This document shows, piece by piece, positions 30,453-35,795 of a DNA stretch of 35,795 nt (its first letter is position 1; each line of letters opens with the position of its first letter). The notes below the pieces were generated by a model that searched no databases, had not been told where the DNA came from, and saw nothing but the letters and a program-made list of their open reading frames with translations. Position numbers and translations under genes: made by a program. The DNA lies in contig JAYWIE010000465.1 of assembly GCA_043789155.1 (NCBI GenBank), positions 1 to 35,795 of the forward strand, read 5' to 3'. Source of the stretch: Rubricoccaceae bacterium. GTDB lineage: Bacteria > Bacteroidota > Rhodothermia > Rhodothermales > Rubricoccaceae.

Positions 30453-31556
30453 ATGTCCTCCCGCCTTCCGCCGTCGCTCGCCGACGGGCCGTCCATCCTC
30501 ACCACCACCGTCGGCTCGTACTCGCCCATCGACTGGCTCGCGGCGCTGCCGAGCGAGCAGGCCGTCATCGACGCGACGGCCGTCGTCGTCGGTACGCAGC
30601 GGCGCGCGGGCATCGACCTGCCGACGGACGGCGAGCTGTACCGCTTCGACCCGAACCACCCCGACACGAACGGGATGATCGAGTACTTCATCTCGCGCAT
30701 CGGCGGCGTCGAGACGGCCGTCGGCATCTCGGACGGCCGGGCCTTCCGCGAAAAGCAGGAGATGAGCTTCCGCCGCAAGCCGGCGGGCGTCGTCGTGGAG
30801 GCCCTCTCGGAGGGCAGCCTCGACCTCTACGAGGCGTGCGCGCGCTCCGGCGCCGTCGCCGGCGGGCCGTTCAAGTTCACGCTCACGAGCCCGTTCATGC
30901 TCGCGCGGACGCTGCTGGACCGCCACTACACCGATTTCGAGGCGCTCACGCTCGCCATCGCCGACGTCCTCGCGGCGCAGGTGGAGGCGCTGCCGTGCGC
31001 CGTCGTGCAGGTGGACGAGGCCAACGTGCCGGGCGCGCCCGAGCACGCGCCCCTCGCAGCCGAGGCCATCAACCGCATCCTGGACAAGGTCCAGGCCGAG
31101 CGGGCCGTCCACTTCTGCTTCGGCAACTACGGCGGCCAGACCATCCAGGGCGGCTCGTGGCGCGTGCTGACGGACTTCCTGAACGCGCTCCACACGGACC
31201 ACCTCGTCCTCGAACTCGCCCACCGCCCGGACGACGACCTCTTCGCGCTCCGCGACGTCGACGACCGGATCGCGCTCGGCCTCGGCGTGGTCGACATCAA
31301 GGTCAACCACGTCGAGACGCCGGACGAGGTCGCGGGGCGCATCGAGCGGGCCGTCGAGGTGCTCGGCGAGGGCCGCGTGCGGTGGGTCCACCCGGACTGT
31401 GGCTTCTGGATGCTCAAGCGCTCCGTCGCCGACCGGAAGATGGAGGCGCTCGTCGCCGGCCGCGACCTGTTCCTCGGGCGCGCCGCGGCCGACTGGCCCG
31501 CGACGTCCGGCGCGGACGAGGCGGCCCCCGTCGGGACATCTGGCGAGGACTACTGA
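30453..31556 (+). CDS. Cobalamin-independent methionine synthase (MetE C-terminal/UROD-fold) like Zn-dependent protein
   Basis: Track ORF 30399..31556. Possible starts are GTG 30399, ATG 30411 and ATG 30453; I chose 30453 (MSSRLPP). Motifs: TTTVGSYSP.DWL, DGELYR, HFCFGNYGG (H-x-C) and VHPDCGFWMLKR. These match the MetE-type zinc/thiol-alkylation site layout. Confidence 0.7.
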   Translation: MSSRLPPSLADGPSILTTTVGSYSPIDWLAALPSEQAVIDATAVVVGTQRRAGIDLPTDGELYRFDPNHPDTNGMIEYFISRIGGVETAVGISDGRAFREKQEMSFRRKPAGVVVEALSEGSLDLYEACARSGAVAGGPFKFTLTSPFMLARTLLDRHYTDFEALTLAIADVLAAQVEALPCAVVQVDEANVPGAPEHAPLAAEAINRILDKVQAERAVHFCFGNYGGQTIQGGSWRVLTDFLNALHTDHLVLELAHRPDDDLFALRDVDDRIALGLGVVDIKVNHVETPDEVAGRIERAVEVLGEGRVRWVHPDCGFWMLKRSVADRKMEALVAGRDLFLGRAAADWPATSGADEAAPVGTSGEDY

Positions 31557-33997
31557 GCGCGTACAGGCGTGGGGGAGCGTGTTTCTGACGCGTCCCTCAC
31601 GCCATACCGCTCCAGCGCCACGGCGAGGATGCCGAACTGGTCCGTGAGCAGGCCCTCGTATCCGCACGGGCGGCCGTCCCAGTAGCGCCAGTCGAGGCCG
31701 CTGCCGGAGCCGCCGAAGACGGCGGCGTCGGCCAGACCGTCGCAGAGGCGCGCGAGCAGCAGGTCCGCCTCGCGCGTCATCCCGACGCGGTAGAGCGCGC
31801 CGACGAAGTGGCGGGCCTGCGAGTGCGTGCGGCCGCCGTTCTGGTAGAAGCCGAGCGGGTAGCCCTGCATGACGTCCGCAAGGTCCTCGTCGGCGACCGA
31901 CCGCAGGTTGCCGGGGAGGCCGAGGTACGCATCCGGCATCCGGACGCGCAGCGCCTCGGCCCAGAGGCGCTCGATGACGTCGCGGGCGAAGACGTCGTCC
32001 AGCAGGCCGGCCGTAACGGCGGCACCGTTGGGCGCGAGGAAGGCGTAGTCGTGGAGGCGGCCGTCGGCGCAGCGCCAGCCGGCGAGCCAGCCCGTCTCCT
32101 CGTTGTAGAACGCCGGCACGTAGGCGGTGCGCAGCGCCTCGGCCCATGCGTCGAGGCCGGCCGCGAGACCGCCGCCGCCGAGGCCGGGCAGGACGGCCGC
32201 GAGGCGCGTCAGGGCGGGGTAGAGGACCGCGTTCGAGAAGGCGTCCTTCCAGCCGTACGAGACGACGTCGAACCAGTTGGTGCTCCACTGGCCCGAGCCG
32301 CTCGTGCCGGTCCGGTAGGCGCTCTCGACGAGGCCGTCGCCGTCGAGGTCGCGGGCGCGCATGGCGTCGAGCTGGTGCCGGATGGCACCCCGGCGGGCGT
32401 CGAGCCACTCGGCCGTGCCGGCCGCCTCGAGGAACTCGGCGAGGCCGAGCAGGCAGGCCGCGCCCGTCATGAGGTACTCGTCCTCGGCGTCGTGGACGGT
32501 GCCGTCTTGGAGCAGCGGGCCGCTGGTGTAGCCCGGCGCGCCGTCGAGCCAGCGCTCGAGCGAGTCGCGGAGCAGGTCAAGGGCGTCGAGGTGGGGCAGC
32601 ACGCGGCCGATGAGGCGCGTCGTGGCCGCCCAGGCGTCCATGCAGATCGGGCAGTGGATCGAGACGCCGTTGTTGCTCAGCGTCGCCGTGTCGGCGCGGT
32701 ACGTGAGCGCCGTGAGCGTGCACGCCTCGACGGCCCGGACGACTTCGGGCGGCGTCTCGGCGGCGAGCGGCACGGCCGGATGCCCGACGCGGAGCTCGAT
32801 GCGCGCCTCGTAGCGGCCCGCCGGCAGCAGGACGTCGCCGCCGGGCTGCGGCTCCTCGCCGAGCGTGAGCTCGAGCGACGTCATCGCGCGCGGCCGGTTG
32901 GCGTCCGAGCGGACCCGCACCGCGTCCGTGTTGGCCTCGACGTACAGGCTCCCGAAGCCCGGCGCGTGGAGCCACACCGGCAGCACGAGCGTCCCCGTCT
33001 CGCCCGTCCGCTCGGTCGCGCCGACGACGTGGCACGGCGTGACGACGCTGTGGAGCGCGATCGTCCAGAGGCTCGACCGCCACGCGCGGATCGTCCGCTC
33101 GACGGTGCGGACGGCCCGCAGCACGAGGCGGTCCGGCAGGATCTCCCACGCGAGGCTCAGGTGCTGGCCCGAGTCGCCGAGCGTGAGGTCGTAGCTCAGC
33201 CGGTTGCCCTGGACGCGCGACGTGCCGCGGGCGCGGTTCCGCAGCGCCGTCATCACGACGGGCGCCCCGCCGACGGGCGCGAGCTGCGGCCCCTGGTAGA
33301 ACAGGCCCGGCCCGTGGCGCAGCAGGTTGCCCGCCGTGTCGCCGCCGCCGCGCGCGTCGAGCGCGAGGTGCGAGAAGCCGGCCCGGTTGAGGCAGAAGCC
33401 GACCTCGAGGTGCTGCGACCGGTAGCGGACCTCGCCGTGCGTGTGCTCGGCGGTGAGGCCGCGCGGGAGGCCCGAGAGCGACACCTCGGTGACGTCGAGG
33501 AGCGACTCCTGCCGGGCGCGGATCGTCCCGAGCGGCTCGCCTTCGAGCACGAGCGCGCCCATCGCCAGATTCCACGACGGCCACCAGCCGTCGATGCCGC
33601 AGCGGCGGACCTCGATCCGCAGCGTGCTCGCCTCGGTCCCGCCGAGGTCGATCCACGCCGTCTCGTCCGGCCGCTCGAGGTCCCGCAGGTCGTGCTCGAC
33701 GCGCCACTCGGCACCGTCCCACACGAGCACGCGCAGCGCCGTCACCCAGTCGAGGTCGACCGTGCTGCCGCACTTGTGGTAGCCGGGCGCGCACTGCAGC
33801 CCGAGGCGCGTGAGGCGCGCGGGCGCATGGAACTGGACCGTCCGGGCGTGGATGATGCGGTGCGCCGGCGCGCCGTCCTCGCCGTCCAGCGGGACGGTCC
33901 AGACCGCGCGGCAGCCGGCGAGCAATTCCTGCCCCGCCGTGTCGCCCATCGGGGGCTGCAGGTCACGCAGGGTGAGCAGGTTCCGGTCGGCGCTCAT
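31550..33997 (-). CDS. 815-aa cytoplasmic protein with C-terminal six-hairpin glycosidase-like region; uncharacterised family
   Basis: Clean ORF with an ATG start at 33997 and no signal peptide. The C-terminal half has alpha/alpha-barrel-like motifs (DEYLMTGAACLLGLAEF, DGDGLVESAY, FYQNGGRTHSQARHFVGALYRVG, YEGLLTDQFGILAVALE). The N-terminal ~170 aa look like a beta-sandwich. Confidence 0.6.
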   Translation of the reverse strand: MSADRNLLTLRDLQPPMGDTAGQELLAGCRAVWTVPLDGEDGAPAHRIIHARTVQFHAPARLTRLGLQCAPGYHKCGSTVDLDWVTALRVLVWDGAEWRVEHDLRDLERPDETAWIDLGGTEASTLRIEVRRCGIDGWWPSWNLAMGALVLEGEPLGTIRARQESLLDVTEVSLSGLPRGLTAEHTHGEVRYRSQHLEVGFCLNRAGFSHLALDARGGGDTAGNLLRHGPGLFYQGPQLAPVGGAPVVMTALRNRARGTSRVQGNRLSYDLTLGDSGQHLSLAWEILPDRLVLRAVRTVERTIRAWRSSLWTIALHSVVTPCHVVGATERTGETGTLVLPVWLHAPGFGSLYVEANTDAVRVRSDANRPRAMTSLELTLGEEPQPGGDVLLPAGRYEARIELRVGHPAVPLAAETPPEVVRAVEACTLTALTYRADTATLSNNGVSIHCPICMDAWAATTRLIGRVLPHLDALDLLRDSLERWLDGAPGYTSGPLLQDGTVHDAEDEYLMTGAACLLGLAEFLEAAGTAEWLDARRGAIRHQLDAMRARDLDGDGLVESAYRTGTSGSGQWSTNWFDVVSYGWKDAFSNAVLYPALTRLAAVLPGLGGGGLAAGLDAWAEALRTAYVPAFYNEETGWLAGWRCADGRLHDYAFLAPNGAAVTAGLLDDVFARDVIERLWAEALRVRMPDAYLGLPGNLRSVADEDLADVMQGYPLGFYQNGGRTHSQARHFVGALYRVGMTREADLLLARLCDGLADAAVFGGSGSGLDWRYWDGRPCGYEGLLTDQFGILAVALERYGVRDASETRSPTPVRAQ

Positions 33998-34145
33998 CGG
34001 GTCTGGAGCAAATCCCCGATCGCGGGGGGCGTGGTACGGGGCGCTGTGCGGCTCGGGTCACCGGGGTCGGCACCGACCGTTCGAACCCTGAACGCCGTCC
34101 CTGGAAACAGCCCGAAGGGTGCTCTCCTGCGCTGCACGGTCCGCA

Positions 34146-35795
34146 CTAGCGCCGCCCGTGCTCGGCGTCGAGGCGGGCACCGCGCGAGCCGGGGGCGTGC
34201 TGCGGGCCCGTCAGCGGGCGGTCCGGGCTGGCGTAGCGCGTCGGGAGCAGGCTCGGCTGGTTGGCGACCATCGTCAGGAAGACGTCCAGCGGGACGATCT
34301 CGACGTCCGGCCCGACCTGGTCGATGATGGCCTTGACCTGCGCGATCGTGCTCCACTGGCGGATGTGGAGCAGCAGGAAGGCGGGCCGCGCGGCGTTCAT
34401 CCGGACCAGCTCCTGGAGGTCCGCGACGGCCTCGGCCTGCGGGCGCGTCTCGCTGAGGTAGTAGTCGTACGACATCGTGGGGACGCCGTCGCGGACGTCG
34501 AACGTGCCGGCGGCACCGTAGCCGTTGACGAAGCCGAGCGCGTCTGGGTAGGCGGCATAGACGTCGTCCATCACCTCGCGCGTGATGTCGAGGTTGCCCA
34601 TCGTGCGCGTGCCCTCGGAGTAGTCCATCAGGCCGTAGACGCGGATGTCGAGCGTATCGGCGAGGGCGCGCGCCTCGGCGAGCAGGCGCGGCCGGTCGGC
34701 GGCGGGGATCGGCTTGGGGTACATGTAACCCGGCCCCGAGGGTGCCGCGGTGAAGTAGTCGTTCGGCGTGGCCTGCTCGTAGTGGTACTGCATGACGGCC
34801 GGACTCATCCAGGTCCAGTTCATCGTCACCTCCCAGGCGTACGGGATGGTGCCGCGGCCGGGCTTCAGCCACGCGCCGATGCCGATGGCGTCGGTCTGGA
34901 CGGCGGCGACGTAGACCCGGGGCCCGGGGACGATGACCTGGCCGGGCTGCACGCTGTGCTGGTTGCGGTAGCGGAAGCCGGGCGTGACGGGGATCTGGGT
35001 GTTGAAGCTCGTGTTGGGCAGCGTGTTGAGGCCCTCCATGCGGAGCGCGTGCTGCGAGACGAGCGTCGTCATCTGGCCCTCGGTGTCCTTGGCGTACGAG
35101 TGCCAGCCGAGGACGACGCCGCGGTCCGACATCGTGGCGAGGAGCGAGTCGGCGAGCGCGTACTCGGCGGCGTCGGTCGGGTCGGCCGAGAGGTCGGTGA
35201 AGAAGGCCCGCTGGTAGATGCCGTAGTCGGCCACGCCGGGCTCCATCGACGCGCCCGCGACGCCGCCCATCCAGACGATGAAGTCGTGCGAGACGCGGTC
35301 GCGGTAGCGCGCCCACGCGTCGCGGTAGATCTGGACGTCGGTCATGCCGCGGTAGCGGCCGCGGAGGTCGTCCACCATGCGCAGGCCATGGGCCTCGGCG
35401 AGCGGGATCAGCGCCTCGTTGACGACGATGGCCTGCTCCAGCCCGGCGACGGTGAAGGCGACCGTGAGCGAGGTCCGCACGTCGGCGTCCCACACGACGT
35501 AGCCCCGCGCTGTGCCGGCGAAGCGGTCGAGCGCGGCCTCGGGCGTCTCGATCTCGTCGAACGTGATGTGGTGGCGCGTGCCGTAGTAGTCGTGGATCGC
35601 CTCGGTGAACGAGAACACCCAGTCGGGCTGGTAGACGAAGTACAGGTTGGGCGCCTCGCGGTTGGCGACGCCCTGGAGGCTGATCAGCATCGCGTTGACG
35701 GGCAACTGGCCGTCGAGGCGCCAGTCGCCCTGGAGGTGCATCGAGGCGGCGGTGCGCGCCGGCGCCTCGCCCGTCTGCGCCCGCGGTGCCGCCGA
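34146..35795 (-). CDS. GxGYxYP family putative glycoside hydrolase; the 5' end is probably outside the window
   Basis: Track ORF 34146..35741. The frame stays open for 18 more codons to the window edge (..AQTGEAPARTAAS-MHLQG). It contains the family-defining motif in APSGPGYMYPKP. Confidence 0.7.
   Translation of the reverse strand, partial: SAAPRAQTGEAPARTAASMHLQGDWRLDGQLPVNAMLISLQGVANREAPNLYFVYQPDWVFSFTEAIHDYYGTRHHITFDEIETPEAALDRFAGTARGYVVWDADVRTSLTVAFTVAGLEQAIVVNEALIPLAEAHGLRMVDDLRGRYRGMTDVQIYRDAWARYRDRVSHDFIVWMGGVAGASMEPGVADYGIYQRAFFTDLSADPTDAAEYALADSLLATMSDRGVVLGWHSYAKDTEGQMTTLVSQHALRMEGLNTLPNTSFNTQIPVTPGFRYRNQHSVQPGQVIVPGPRVYVAAVQTDAIGIGAWLKPGRGTIPYAWEVTMNWTWMSPAVMQYHYEQATPNDYFTAAPSGPGYMYPKPIPAADRPRLLAEARALADTLDIRVYGLMDYSEGTRTMGNLDITREVMDDVYAAYPDALGFVNGYGAAGTFDVRDGVPTMSYDYYLSETRPQAEAVADLQELVRMNAARPAFLLLHIRQWSTIAQVKAIIDQVGPDVEIVPLDVFLTMVANQPSLLPTRYASPDRPLTGPQHAPGSRGARLDAEHGRR

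Noticed and set aside
34070-34092. tRNA-like GTTCGAA T-loop motif in the 33998..34145 gap
   Set aside because: The flanking bases do not form a T-stem on either strand, and no acceptor or anticodon arms can be drawn.
30204-34327. Long overlapping ORFs 30204..32408 (-) and 31808..34327 (+)
   Set aside because: Both are Arg/Pro/Gly-rich. They run off-frame or antisense to the Rieske, MetE-like and 815-aa genes, which have real motifs.

Overview
This is a very GC-rich window (about 70% by eye) with a strong GC3 bias. Most long ORFs in the six-frame track are therefore antisense or off-frame shadows. I support 26 protein-coding genes and found no rRNA, tRNA, CRISPR array, transposase or integrase.

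Taxonomic placement is an inference. Start codons are almost never preceded by Shine-Dalgarno-like sequence. The window also encodes a TonB-dependent receptor with a carboxypeptidase-regulatory-like N-domain, a T9SS C-terminal sorting domain and a PorV/PorQ-like barrel. Together these suggest an FCB-group bacterium (Rhodothermota/Bacteroidota-like).

Layout:
- 2..1030: a flanking M28 peptidase.
- 1049..3783 (minus strand): a two-gene module with no signal peptides, made of a ~600-aa protein of unknown family and a BNR/Asp-box propeller.
- 4010..5353: a divergently transcribed ABC sugar-binding lipoprotein.
- 5354..5880: a 527-nt non-coding stretch.
- 5881..6702: an IclR regulator.
- 6830..31556: about 25 kb of co-directional, tightly packed or overlapping genes.
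- 31550..35795 (minus strand): two convergent glycosidase-like genes, one of the GxGYxYP family.

The co-directional array contains:
- the TonB receptor, an 881-aa T9SS-tailed protein and a PorV-like barrel
- a six-hairpin glycosidase-like protein
- two ABC permeases split by a Tat-exported class-V PLP enzyme
- two Gfo/Idh/MocA plus TIM-barrel pairs, and an SDR
- a signal-peptide-bearing second copy of the 600-aa/BNR module
- a GH88/105-like hydrolase
- two PhyH-type Fe/2OG dioxygenases, a Rieske oxygenase and a MetE-like Zn protein

Overall it reads as a large, non-canonical glycan-utilisation locus. It has no SusD, no recognisable polysaccharide lyase and no sulfatase. It mixes Bacteroidota-style outer-membrane components with an ABC importer and an oxidative/oxygenase enzyme set.

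The most novel-looking parts are:
- the TBDT / T9SS-cargo / PorV-like triad
- the duplicated exported-versus-cytoplasmic two-gene module of unknown family
- the oxygenase block at the operon end

All functional assignments come from motifs read by eye. No database search was run.
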